A DNA stretch of 64,000 bases from Prevotellaceae bacterium UBA2448 (GCA_002342585.1 DDQG01000007.1:11120-75119), one strand, 5' to 3'; counted from the stretch's first letter, positions 28,001 to 34,764 are shown. Notes: generated by a model not told the origin, from the letters alone. Translations and numbers: made by a program.

Positions 28001-29414
28001 CTGCAGTATTTTCGGCGAAGTATTGTCTATGGACAAGATTGGTGCTACCGACAACTTCTTCGAACTTGGCGGAACATCACTCATGGTTACTAAAGTTATT
28101 ATCGAAGCCGACAAGGCTGGTCACCATGTAGCTTATGGTGATGTCTTCACACATGCCACACCACGTTTGCTGGCACAGCTTTTAACAGGTGATACTCCTG
28201 TAGAGAACGATGATGACGAAGTAACTAATTTCGATTACTCAGGCATCAATGCCATCTTGCAACAAAACAATGCGGAATCATTCCGTAAGGGTGAACTGCA
28301 AAAGTTAGGCAATGTGCTTCTTACTGGTGCTACCGGTTATCTGGGTATCCACGTTTTGCGCGAACTCATCGATTCTGATGCTCCTACAATCACATGTCTT
28401 GTGCGTGCTCAAGATCAGCCTGCAGCAGAAAGGCGATTGAAGAATTTACTGTTCTACTATTTCGAAACATCATTCAAGGAACTTTTCGGCACACGTCTCT
28501 TCGTCATCAATGGCGATGTGACACAAGATATGACAAAGGTGGTTGGTGATTCCATCGTCAACATCAACACCGTCTTCAACTGTGCTGCCAATGTAAAACA
28601 CTTCTCTAAGACTTCAGACATTGAAGATGTAAATATTGGCGGGGCACAACGTTGTGTGGAGTTCTGTCTGCAGACTGGTGCCAAACTAGTACATATATCT
28701 ACTACTTCCGTTGGTGAGATGTGGGTAATACGCAATAATGGCGAAGAGATACCTAAACTTGACGAGCGCAAGTTCTGGTTCGGACAGTTCCTGGATAACC
28801 GTTATATCCACTCTAAGTTCCTTGCTGAACGAATAGTTCTCGATGCTGTTGCCCATCACGGTCTTAATGGTAAGGTGATGCGTGTGGGCAATCTGGCACC
28901 ACGAAGCTATGATGGTGAGTTCCAGGTCAACTTCAACAGCAACAGTTATATGGGACGACTCAAGGTTTTCTCTACACTTGGTTGTTGTCCTTACGACAGT
29001 TATGACGAAAGCATTGAGATGTCGCCTATCAACGAGACGGCAAAAGCTGTGGTTCTCCTTGCATCTACACCAAAGGAGTGTACAGTCTTCCAGCCGTTCA
29101 ACAACCACACGGAACTCCTTGGCGACATTCTTCAACTTTTGAGCAAAGTGGAAAGAAATATAAACTTTGTAGAAAATGAAGAATTCGAGAAGGCTCTTGC
29201 TGAAGCCGGTCAAGACCAAGAGAAGGCAAAATTGCTCTCTGCAATGATGGCTTATCAGGATATGGCTCACGGACAGAAGGCTGTCTTCATAAATCGTGAC
29301 AACCGATACACCTGCTCTGTTCTGCATCGTCTCGGATTCCATTGGAGCGACACAGCTTGGGATTATGTAGAGCGAATGCTTACAGCAATCAGCGGCTTTG
29401 GATACTTCGAATAA
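22080..29414 (+). CDS. bimodular non-ribosomal peptide synthetase, C-A-T-C-A-T-R (terminal thioester reductase)
   Basis: 2444 aa. C1 has HHIIGDG (nt 22458-22478). A1 has LYTSGSTGVPKG, YGPTE and QVKIRGFRIEL. T1 has GLTSI (about nt 25000). C2 has HHLIFDG (about nt 25563). A2 repeats the A1 motifs. T2 has LGGTSL (about nt 28070). The R domain has TGATGYLG (about nt 28325) and YIHSK. Confidence 0.92.
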   Translation: MKNTAPLSKTQYGIYVECVQHLGEYCYNITYLYTLDGSLDEEKLKEAIESVVAAHPTLFTRIELNEQGEPMQSIDDSETFSLEVEHINDIEEEKKGMVKAFDIFNDRLFRIRLLKDSKCLYLLVDIHHIIGDGTTMKVILNDIDVAYSGKTLEAEGKTQADVVREEAEMRQSPAFEEDKQWYAQNFDCSDTFSQLIPDLEGTESEIGAFKRKMSVRLEDIDAFCKTHGVFKSTFFTGAYSYLLTKYNNDQEVLFNTVYSGRADKQLARTVAMLVKTVPVYAKFNDDTTVLDFLKSGEEQMKGCREHETYSYVDVVSDLKLQVDSFFAWHGTVWDNVEIGGSPTTAVKLDHTTLEVPLYVNAAIVDGHCYVNAEYKTDVYSEQMISQFLESYEAVVESFLKEEYLRDINIATKSQVELLDSFNQTDLPYDDTQTIVSLFCQQAKATPDNIAVAFKDKKYTYKQVDEISDRIAGYISSRSKVQGSSEEPVVSILIPRSEWMAIASLGVLKAGCAYQPLDPSYPKERLNFMMQDASAKLLIADEELRGVVDEYQGEVLLTKDIEKLPALTEEGKSQLSIVNCQLKPDRLFILLYTSGSTGVPKGCQLEHGNLVSFCHWYQRYYDLKPEHNVAAYASYGFDACMMDMYPALTCGASVYIIPEELRLDLIALNEYFEQNNITHSFMTTQVGYQFATSIENHSLKHLSVGGEKLATLTPPTDYRFHNAYGPTECTIFTTTYPVDKKQKEIPIGKPTDNTHLYIVDSHGHRMPVGAAGELWISGPQVGRGYLNRPEKTAEVYIKNPFSDDEKHSNVYRSGDIVRYLPDGNIQFVGRRDGQVKIRGFRIELKEVEAVIREFPGIKDATVQAFDEEGGGKFIAAYIVGDQEIDIEALNNFILDQKPPYMVPAVTMQIEAIPLNQNQKVNKKALPKPEKKSDGRNQMEESAAPLNVLEQEIHSIIAEIINTEDFGVTTILGYVGLTSIMSIKLAIQINKRFGVMLDSKALAKTGSVQSIENEILKVMMSGSGAANKEVDEVKHADMSNIPLSYAQMGVYVDCMKQPTSTVYNIPAAIRFPKGTDVQLFCKSVETIIKAHPQFHVHFDSQGGDIIQIIDENQPVVIAQSKLDEAEIKKYMVEFVKPFNLRQGPLYRMEIVSTEEYVYLLADVHHLIFDGASFNLFLDQLCDLMNGKDIEPESFTYADFVAAQKAAENSEEYAEARDFFQERLGKIEGVTEVPADLTNPLEQGVVETLYCPLNFDEIDSFCRQRNISPAHHILAATFYALSRFTNNEQLCITTISNGRSDLRISNTVGMFVNTLALSAFIEEQSVMDFINETSKNFDETLRHESYPFARVAADYDLSAEIMFAYQMGVLEGHEYKGQPVTMELFESDAPKFRIAFYIQNNPEGRPSICLQYDNGRYSQELMQSLAQSISNAANAFIANPDAKLKSVSLLDEKQTTLLDSFNNTDVPYDNTQTVISLFRKQVESVPDNIAVIFHDVRLTYKQVDEMSDRIAAYLIQKGLKSEDVVSIIIPRSEWMVIASLGVLKAGCAYQPLDPSYPKERLNFMMQDASAKLLIADEELRGVVDEYQGEVLLTKDIEKLPDLTEEGKSQLSIVNSQLKPDSLFILLYTSGSTGVPKGCQLEHGNLVCFCHWYQRYYDLKPGDKVAAYASYGFDACMMDMYPALTTGATVVIVGEDIRLNLPDLNNYFNEVGVTHSFMTTQVGCQFAMNCDNHSLRHLSVGGEKILPLTPPKGYKLHNGYGPTECTIFTTTYQQTEFEQNAPIGKPLDNLQLFIVDKDMNRLPLGAAGEMLVAGPQVSRGYLNLPEKTAETYIQWNGKRCYRTGDVVRYLADGNIQFVGRRDGQVKIRGFRIELKEVESVIREFPGIKDATVQAFDYENGGKFIAAYIVSDEQIDIKELNDFIGKQKPSYMIPAATMQIDSIPLNQNQKVNKKALPAPVVQAVDHKYVEPANDTEKLFCSIFGEVLSMDKIGATDNFFELGGTSLMVTKVIIEADKAGHHVAYGDVFTHATPRLLAQLLTGDTPVENDDDEVTNFDYSGINAILQQNNAESFRKGELQKLGNVLLTGATGYLGIHVLRELIDSDAPTITCLVRAQDQPAAERRLKNLLFYYFETSFKELFGTRLFVINGDVTQDMTKVVGDSIVNINTVFNCAANVKHFSKTSDIEDVNIGGAQRCVEFCLQTGAKLVHISTTSVGEMWVIRNNGEEIPKLDERKFWFGQFLDNRYIHSKFLAERIVLDAVAHHGLNGKVMRVGNLAPRSYDGEFQVNFNSNSYMGRLKVFSTLGCCPYDSYDESIEMSPINETAKAVVLLASTPKECTVFQPFNNHTELLGDILQLLSKVERNINFVENEEFEKALAEAGQDQEKAKLLSAMMAYQDMAHGQKAVFINRDNRYTCSVLHRLGFHWSDTAWDYVERMLTAISGFGYFE
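23503..23530 (+). repeat. heptanucleotide tandem repeat inside the NRPS CDS
   Basis: gttcaag|gtccaag|gttcaag|gttcaag encodes part of ...SSRSKVQGSS.... It is absent from the equivalent position in module 2. Confidence 0.8.
23795..23822 (+). repeat. heptanucleotide tandem repeat (TCAATTG x3 plus TCAATTA) inside the NRPS CDS
   Basis: tcaattg|tcaattg|tcaattg|tcaatta encodes SQLSIVNCQLK in A-domain 1. Confidence 0.85.
26894..26921 (+). repeat. degenerate copy of the same heptanucleotide array in NRPS module 2
   Basis: tcaattg|tcaattg|tcaactc|tcaacta encodes SQLSIVNSQLK. It sits exactly 3099 nt (1033 codons) downstream of the module-1 array. Confidence 0.8.
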
Positions 29415-29428
29415 AGCTAACTAAAAAG

Positions 29429-29458
29429 TCAAGGGTCGGGAGATTTCCCGACCCTTGA
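29429..29458. terminator. bidirectional terminator hairpin between the convergent NRPS and LuxR-type regulator genes
   Basis: The 13-bp perfect stem tcaagggtcggga / tcccgacccttga has a 4-nt loop. An A-run lies on the left (a T-run for the minus-strand transcript) and ttat on the right. Confidence 0.7.
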
Positions 29459-29479
29459 TTATAACTGCTAACTGCAAAA

Positions 29480-30127
29480 TTAAATATAGTATTCTACGAA
29501 GTTCACTACCCCATTCTTTATAGCCCATTTCGTGGCTTCATAGGTAGTGTTCACATTTAGTTTTCTGAAAATATTCTTCTTGTGGGTAATAATAGTATGA
29601 TTGCTTGAGCAGCGCTCGTTAGCTATCTCCTTAACTGTTTTGCCTGCGGCAATGAGTTTCAGGATTTCTGTCTCGGTATGAGTCAGTTTATCCTGTTTAT
29701 CGGCTTCTGCCTGCGAAGTAAGCAGGATATTGGTTATCTGATGTCCCAAATAGCGTTCGCCTCTAACGGCACATTGCACAGCTGTCTGTATTTCCTGTGC
29801 GCTACTGTCTTTCAGCACCATACTGAACGAAGGTTCTACGCTGAGTCGCCTAATAAGACCTTCTGTCAGGTTGTCGGAAAACATAATCCAATGCACATGA
29901 CTGAAACGCGAACTCATATTCAGGAGTTCGTCCGCATTGTGCATATCGAAAAGTGTCAAGTCAATGATTACAACTGCTTGCTCTTCTTTTTGCAACCAAG
30001 ACATCAAATCCTTGTGAGTTCGCACATCGGCAATCTCATCATATTGAGATTTGTCGAGAGCCATTCTCACCACATAATGCATACCCAAACGGGTTATGTC
30101 CTGATTGTCAGCCAGTAATATATTCAT
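29480..30127 (-). CDS. LuxR/NarL-family response regulator (receiver plus HTH)
   Basis: ORF 29480-30292 trimmed to MNILLADNQDITRLG... (ATG rc at 30127-30125), because the upstream 55 codons are tRNA genes. The C-terminal LTHTETEILKLIAAGKTVKEIANERCSSNHTIITHKKNIFRKLNV is a LuxR HTH. Confidence 0.8.
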   Translation of the reverse strand: MNILLADNQDITRLGMHYVVRMALDKSQYDEIADVRTHKDLMSWLQKEEQAVVIIDLTLFDMHNADELLNMSSRFSHVHWIMFSDNLTEGLIRRLSVEPSFSMVLKDSSAQEIQTAVQCAVRGERYLGHQITNILLTSQAEADKQDKLTHTETEILKLIAAGKTVKEIANERCSSNHTIITHKKNIFRKLNVNTTYEATKWAIKNGVVNFVEYYI

Positions 30128-30140
30128 TTCCAACTCCAAT

Positions 30141-30216
30141 TGGTCGGGATGAGGCGACTCGAACGCCCGACCCCTACGTCCCGAACGTAGTGCGCTACCA
30201 ACTGCGCTACATCCCG
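30141..30216 (-). tRNA. tRNA-Pro (anticodon CGG), CCA encoded
   Basis: Hand-folded cloverleaf, 76 nt: cgggatg ta gcgc agttggta gcgc a ctacg ttCGGga cgtag gggtc gggcg ttcgagt cgcct catcccg a cca. Confidence 0.85.
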
Positions 30217-30233
30217 TAAATAAAAGAAAAAAG

Positions 30234-30307
30234 TCGGGATGACCAGACTCGAACTGGCGACCACACGCCCCCCAGACGTGTACGCTAACCAACTGCGCTA
30301 CATCCCG
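30234..30307 (-). tRNA. tRNA-Pro (anticodon GGG)
   Basis: Hand-folded cloverleaf, 74 nt: cgggatg ta gcgc agttggtta gcgt a cacgt ctGGGgg gcgtg tggtc gccag ttcgagt ctggt catcccg a. No CCA is encoded. Confidence 0.8.
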
Positions 30308-30364
30308 TGTTTCCGAAAAAACTGTGCGAAGGTACGCAAATAAATGCTAATGGAGAAACGAAAC

Positions 30365-30838
30365 TCACTTTTTTTTCAGATAGTTTGCAAAGATGCGGGC
30401 AGCACTTTCCACCTTTGCCACACAGGGACGAGTCTTGTAGTACTCAGCCGTGCGGGCAGAAGCCACATAACTCGATTTGGCTTTCTCAAAGCCCTTCAGT
30501 CCAAGTATCTCGGCACAGATGAGGCTGCCGTTTTCTGCTTCCGACTCAGCCAACAGCTGCTGAACCACCTTGTAGCAGGCGGATTTACCTTCGCGGTCAC
30601 TACCTTCCGTCTGTCCGCAATCGAGTCCTACCAGCATTACGATGCCGGAAACAGCTCCGCACATCATCCTTAGGCGGCCTACTCCACCACCAAAGCCGGC
30701 AGCAATCCGCTTTGCCATCACTTCGTCAAGTCCGTATATATCAGCAAAAGCAGCTACCACACTCTGGCAACAACCATAACCCTGCATAAAGAGTTCTACT
30801 GCTCTGCCTACCCTTTCGTCAATTTCCTGGTCTGTCAT
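30365..30838 (-). CDS. C_GCAxxG_C_C family protein
   Basis: 157 aa with the GYGCCQSV and MMCGAVSG motifs characteristic of the family. Confidence 0.7.
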   Translation of the reverse strand: MTDQEIDERVGRAVELFMQGYGCCQSVVAAFADIYGLDEVMAKRIAAGFGGGVGRLRMMCGAVSGIVMLVGLDCGQTEGSDREGKSACYKVVQQLLAESEAENGSLICAEILGLKGFEKAKSSYVASARTAEYYKTRPCVAKVESAARIFANYLKKK

Positions 30839-30857
30839 ATCTACACATTATATATAA

Positions 30858-31058
30858 TTAAGCATCGAAACCTTCTGGGCGAAACTGTTTTTGTTCCTCG
30901 CTCCACACATATCCTTCTGCTTCGAGCTTGCTCTTAATCTCTTCTGGTTCCCGGTCAAAAGAGTAGCATAGCGACTCGAGCGAATCATACTCCTCGTCAC
31001 GAAGCAGCATATTGATGCTCGACACCAGCATCATCGGGTCATTTGGTAAGTAATCCAT
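30858..31058 (-). CDS. DUF4250-like small protein
   Basis: 66 aa. MDYLPNDPMMLVSSINMLLRDEEYDSLESLCYSFD... matches my memory of DUF4250. Confidence 0.55.
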   Translation of the reverse strand: MDYLPNDPMMLVSSINMLLRDEEYDSLESLCYSFDREPEEIKSKLEAEGYVWSEEQKQFRPEGFDA

Positions 31059-31170
31059 TGGTTTAAATTTCGAATTATGATTTTCGATACAAATTTACTA
31101 AAAAACTTCCAATTCTAATAATTCTGAAATGAATCTGTGCGATAATGGCAAATATAACTTGAATATTGAC

Positions 31171-31178
31171 TAATTTTG
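31171..31178 (+). promoter_or_regulatory. putative -7 box (TAnnTTTG)
   Basis: TAATTTTG (context taattttgcaacc) ends 18 nt before ATG 31196. Confidence 0.45.
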
Positions 31179-31195
31179 CAACCACAACCGAAGGT

Positions 31196-31450
31196 ATGAT
31201 AACAAGATACAGCATAGAGACAGCCTATAGTTTCCTACATCAGAAACGCAACGTTTATATACATTCTTCTCTCGACTGGCAGAAAGATGACATAGAATAT
31301 GCCATCGGTTCCTATGTTGATGAAATGAGCCCGGAACTGTACGACAGTCTTTCCGATGGAAGGACCGATTTCCTACGCGACCACAAAAGATTTCAGGAAG
31401 ACATAACCAAAGCCGTGGAGCAATTAGAAAACATGCTTAAGAGTCTTTGA
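31196..31450 (+). CDS. hypothetical small protein (84 aa)
   Basis: ORF 31166-31450 trimmed to the first ATG, downstream of the -7 box. It is acidic and helical. No family recognised. Confidence 0.5.
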   Translation: MITRYSIETAYSFLHQKRNVYIHSSLDWQKDDIEYAIGSYVDEMSPELYDSLSDGRTDFLRDHKRFQEDITKAVEQLENMLKSL

Positions 31451-31451
31451 A

Positions 31452-31492
31452 AGTCCGTAACCAACGGACTCAGAGTCCGTAACTAGCGGACT
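31452..31492 (+). repeat. direct repeat of two near-identical stem-loops
   Basis: The first is agtccgt-aacca-acggact (31452-31470). The second is agtccg-taactag-cggact (31474-31492). They start immediately after the stop codon at 31448-31450. No T-tract follows. Confidence 0.7.
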
Positions 31493-31533
31493 GAACTTGC
31501 CGCGAAATATTTGGATTTTAACCCCACTTTATT

Positions 31534-31541
31534 TATCTTTG
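31534..31541 (+). promoter_or_regulatory. putative -7 box (TAnnTTTG)
   Basis: TATCTTTG (context tatctttgcaac) ends 21 nt before ATG 31562. Confidence 0.45.
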
Positions 31542-31561
31542 CAACAAAAAGCAAAGAAATT

Positions 31562-32002
31562 ATGACTGAAAAAGAAACGTTTGCAAATAAAGCTTCGGAT
31601 GGTTACACAGTCTGTTACGGAGAAAACTGTCCGAAGAAAGCACAATGTCTGCGATGGTTGGTAGGACAGCAAATGCCTGCCACCAAGAATTTTATCACCA
31701 ATGTCAACCTTCAGAGTAAGGATGTGGCAACGGATAAATGTCCTCACTTCCGCAACCGCAAAAAAGTGAAGATAGCAATAGGAATGACACACATCTTCAA
31801 TGGAGACATGCCTGCCAAAGTAGAACCTTTTGTACGTCAGCGTATTATCAGCAATCATTGCCGAACCTACTACTTCGAGTATCGTAACGGCTCACGCCCC
31901 ATTATGCCAGATGTCCAAGAGGAAATTCGCAGCATCTTCCGCGAAGCCGGATGGAACAAGCCCGTGGAGTTCGACAAGTATATTGAGGATTATGAGTGGT
32001 AG
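31562..32002 (+). CDS. hypothetical Cys-containing protein (146 aa)
   Basis: ORF 31511-32002 trimmed to the first ATG (MTEKETFANK...). It contains C-x5-C-x6-C (CYGENCPKKAQC) plus two later Cys. No family assigned with confidence. Confidence 0.5.
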   Translation: MTEKETFANKASDGYTVCYGENCPKKAQCLRWLVGQQMPATKNFITNVNLQSKDVATDKCPHFRNRKKVKIAIGMTHIFNGDMPAKVEPFVRQRIISNHCRTYYFEYRNGSRPIMPDVQEEIRSIFREAGWNKPVEFDKYIEDYEW

Positions 32003-32063
32003 ATTCTGCGCATATTTGAAACTCCAGAATCCTACACCAGTTTCATTTAAAACTTTGATACAT

Positions 32064-33380
32064 ATGAAGACCACACAATTGAGCTTTGTTTTATGCTTGC
32101 TGACACTTAGCACACATGCACAACAATTCCGTCAGGAATTCGGAAACCCACGTAAACCATTCGTTGAATCCATTGCTGTACCAAATCATCCGGACAGCCA
32201 CTACAGTATAGGGCAGAGTGCCACTCTCCGCATTACGGCACGCGAAGGAGGAGTACCGCTTGAAGGGCGCAAAATCTATTATAAAGTAGGAACAGAAATG
32301 ATGCTGCCCGAAGAAAAAGACTCTACTACCTTCATTGGGGGCGAAGTCATCATACCTATGGGAACAATGCTGACCCCTGGGTTTCTTGCCTGCCAATATG
32401 AGTTTCAGGCTGGAGGACAAAAACAGAGCGACTTAGTCAAGGTAGCCTTCAATCCTGAAGACATCAGTTCGTTTGCCACCCTGCCCAAAGACTTCAAGCA
32501 GTTCTGGCAGAAAGCTTTTGACGAAGCGCGCAAGGTGGATATGCAACCAGAAATCTATCCTGTTCCAGAAGCCTCAAACAAAGAATTTGAGACACGACTC
32601 ATACGCCTGCATGTAGGCAAACAGAAATGGATGTATGGTTATCTGACTTTGCCATGTGACGGCAAACAGCATCCTGTACTGCTCACACCTCCCGGAGCTG
32701 GCAGTTCGAAGATTTACCCCGACGACTATTTCCCTCGTCATGGTTTCATCTACATGAAGATAGAAATACACGACAACGACCCTCGCCTGCCCGACACTGA
32801 ATACAACAACATGCGACATCAGAAGTGCGACGGCTACATGCGCAAAGGCATGGAATCGAAAGACACATATTATTATAAAGATGTATATGTAGGTTGTGCC
32901 CGTGCCATAGACTACCTGTGCAGTTTGCCCGAATGGGATGGACGAAACGTCATCGTTAGCGGAGGCAGTCAGGGCGGAGCTCTCTCTATAGTTACGGCAG
33001 CCCTAAACAGTAAAGTGACTCTTTGTGCACCTTTCTACCCTGCCCTCTGCGACCTGACCGGATTTCTGCATCAGCGAGCAGGCGGCTGGCCAAAGTTCTT
33101 CACCAGCTTCTACAGCGACAGCAAGGTAATCATACCGGAAGAGAAGGCTGTGGCTACTCTTCAGTACTTCGATGTAGTCAACTTTGCTCGCCAGCTCATC
33201 GTTCCGACCTTTATGAGTTGGGGCTATAGCGATGATACCTGTTCGCCTTCATCAGTCTGGGCTGCATGGAACGAGATTCAGGCTCCAAAACAATGTGACA
33301 TCACTCCAACCAGTGCCCATTGGCGTTTTCAGAGTAGTCAAGAGAAATGCCTCGAATGGATAAAACAGCATCTGAAGTGA
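32064..33380 (+). CDS. acetylxylan esterase / cephalosporin-C deacetylase-like (CE7/AXE1) serine hydrolase
   Basis: ORF 31830-33380 trimmed to MKTTQLSFVLCLLTLSTHAQQ (signal peptide, ATG 32064). The nucleophile motif GGSQGGALS is present. Confidence 0.65.
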   Translation: MKTTQLSFVLCLLTLSTHAQQFRQEFGNPRKPFVESIAVPNHPDSHYSIGQSATLRITAREGGVPLEGRKIYYKVGTEMMLPEEKDSTTFIGGEVIIPMGTMLTPGFLACQYEFQAGGQKQSDLVKVAFNPEDISSFATLPKDFKQFWQKAFDEARKVDMQPEIYPVPEASNKEFETRLIRLHVGKQKWMYGYLTLPCDGKQHPVLLTPPGAGSSKIYPDDYFPRHGFIYMKIEIHDNDPRLPDTEYNNMRHQKCDGYMRKGMESKDTYYYKDVYVGCARAIDYLCSLPEWDGRNVIVSGGSQGGALSIVTAALNSKVTLCAPFYPALCDLTGFLHQRAGGWPKFFTSFYSDSKVIIPEEKAVATLQYFDVVNFARQLIVPTFMSWGYSDDTCSPSSVWAAWNEIQAPKQCDITPTSAHWRFQSSQEKCLEWIKQHLK

Positions 33381-33490
33381 CAATCCTCAGATTGACGAAA
33401 CAGGAAATGAATAGCTGCAGAATAAATAAAAGGCATACAAAAAAATAACCCACAAATACCTGATTAACAGCATTTGCGGATTATCGCAAG

Positions 33491-33563
33491 TGATCCGCTT
33501 GGGGCTCGAACCCAAGACCCCAACATTAAAAGTGTTGTGCTCTACCTACTGAGCTAGCGGATC
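33491..33563 (-). tRNA. tRNA-Lys (anticodon TTT)
   Basis: Hand-folded cloverleaf, 73 nt: gatccgc ta gctc agtaggta gagc a caaca ctTTTaa tgttg gggtc ttggg ttcgagc cccaa gcggatc a. Confidence 0.85.
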
Positions 33564-33596
33564 TACCTAAAAAGCTTCCCTTTCGAAAAGCGAGTG

Positions 33597-33604
33597 CAAA
33601 GGTA
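33597..33604 (-). promoter_or_regulatory. putative -7 box for tRNA-Lys
   Basis: The reverse strand reads TACCTTTG (context ccttacctttgcactc). It ends 34 nt upstream of the mature tRNA 5' end. Confidence 0.4.
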
Positions 33605-33677
33605 AGGATAATAAATGAAATTTAGCAAGGAAAATCGAAAAAAATTAAAATGTTGCACAAATAACAAGAAAACTTAG

Positions 33678-33685
33678 TACATTTG
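33678..33685 (+). promoter_or_regulatory. putative -7 box (TAnnTTTG)
   Basis: TACATTTG (context gtacatttgcactc) ends 40 nt before the ilvE ATG. Confidence 0.45.
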
Positions 33686-33724
33686 CACTCGATAGAGAAA
33701 GCACAATTTTAAAAATATACAGAA

Positions 33725-34750
33725 ATGGCAAACAACATTGATTGGTCAAACCTTGGTTTTGGCTACAACAAGACAGATTACAACGTTCGCTGTTATTATC
33801 GTGACGGCAAATGGGGTGAAATTGAAGTATCGTCGGAAGAGACTATTCCGATGCACATGGCAGCAACTTGTCTTCACTATGGACAGGAAGCATTCGAGGG
33901 TCTGAAGGCTTACCGTTGTCCTGACGGCAAAGTACGAGTATTCCGCAGCGATGAGAATGCAGCCCGTCTGCAGTCAACCTGTCGCGGCATCCTTATGCCA
34001 GAACTGCCAACCGAGAAATTCAACGAAATGGTAGATAAGGTAGTTCGTCTGAACGAGCGATTCATTCCACCATATGAGACAGGAGCAACACTCTACATCC
34101 GTCCGCTGCTTATCGGAACCAGCGCTCAGGTAGGTGTTCACCCAGCTTCTGAATATCTGTTCCTCATCTTTGTTACTCCAGTTGGTCCATACTTCAAGGG
34201 CGGATTCAGCTGCAATCCATATGTAATCATCCGCGAATACGATCGTAGTGCTCCTCTCGGCACAGGTATCTATAAGGTAGGTGGAAACTATGCTGCCAGC
34301 CTTCGTGCCAACAAGATGGCTCATGACCTCGGATATGCATGCGAGTTCTACCTCGACGCAAAGGAGAAGAAATACATGGACGAGTGTGGTGCTGCTAACT
34401 TCTTCGGAATCAAGAACAACACTTACGTAACTCCTAAATCTACTTCTATCCTGCCTTCTATCACCAACAAATCGCTGATGCAGTTGGCAGAAGACCTGGG
34501 TCTGAAGGTTGAGCGCCGCCAGATTCCAGAAGAAGAACTGGAAACATTCGAAGAGGCTGGTGCTTGTGGTACAGCAGCAGTTATCTCACCAATCAGCAAG
34601 ATTGACGACTTGGAACTGAAGAAGAGTTTCGTATTCTCAAAGGACGGAAAACCAGGTCCTATTTCTACAAAACTCTACAACCTGCTGCGCGGCATCCAGT
34701 ACGGCACAGAGCCAGACAAGCACGGATGGACTCGAGTTGTGATTGAATAA
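33725..34750 (+). CDS. ilvE: branched-chain-amino-acid aminotransferase
   Basis: 341 aa. ...LHYGQEAFEGLKAYR... and ...GACGTAAVISPI... are typical of fold-type IV BCAT enzymes. Confidence 0.85.
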   Translation: MANNIDWSNLGFGYNKTDYNVRCYYRDGKWGEIEVSSEETIPMHMAATCLHYGQEAFEGLKAYRCPDGKVRVFRSDENAARLQSTCRGILMPELPTEKFNEMVDKVVRLNERFIPPYETGATLYIRPLLIGTSAQVGVHPASEYLFLIFVTPVGPYFKGGFSCNPYVIIREYDRSAPLGTGIYKVGGNYAASLRANKMAHDLGYACEFYLDAKEKKYMDECGAANFFGIKNNTYVTPKSTSILPSITNKSLMQLAEDLGLKVERRQIPEEELETFEEAGACGTAAVISPISKIDDLELKKSFVFSKDGKPGPISTKLYNLLRGIQYGTEPDKHGWTRVVIE

Positions 34751-34764
34751 TTGATATTTAGGAG

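Noticed and set aside
30128-30292. N-terminal 55-codon extension of the LuxR-type regulator ORF (MVSVHVWGACGRQFESGHPD...).
   Set aside because: The extension is the translation of two tRNA-Pro genes. The receiver domain begins at MNILLADNQ.
31452-31492. Could the duplicated hairpins be a mini CRISPR array?
   Set aside because: There are only two units and the spacer is 3 nt. There are no cas genes in the window, and the repeat is shorter than CRISPR repeats.
31830-32063. N-terminal extension of the esterase ORF that overlaps the preceding gene.
   Set aside because: The extension overlaps 31562-32002 in another frame. A clean signal peptide starts at ATG 32064.
30141-33563. The tRNA-Pro to tRNA-Lys interval as an integrated mobile element.
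   Set aside because: I found no integrase, transposase or phage genes, and no direct repeat of a tRNA 3' end. By eye the composition is similar to the flanks.
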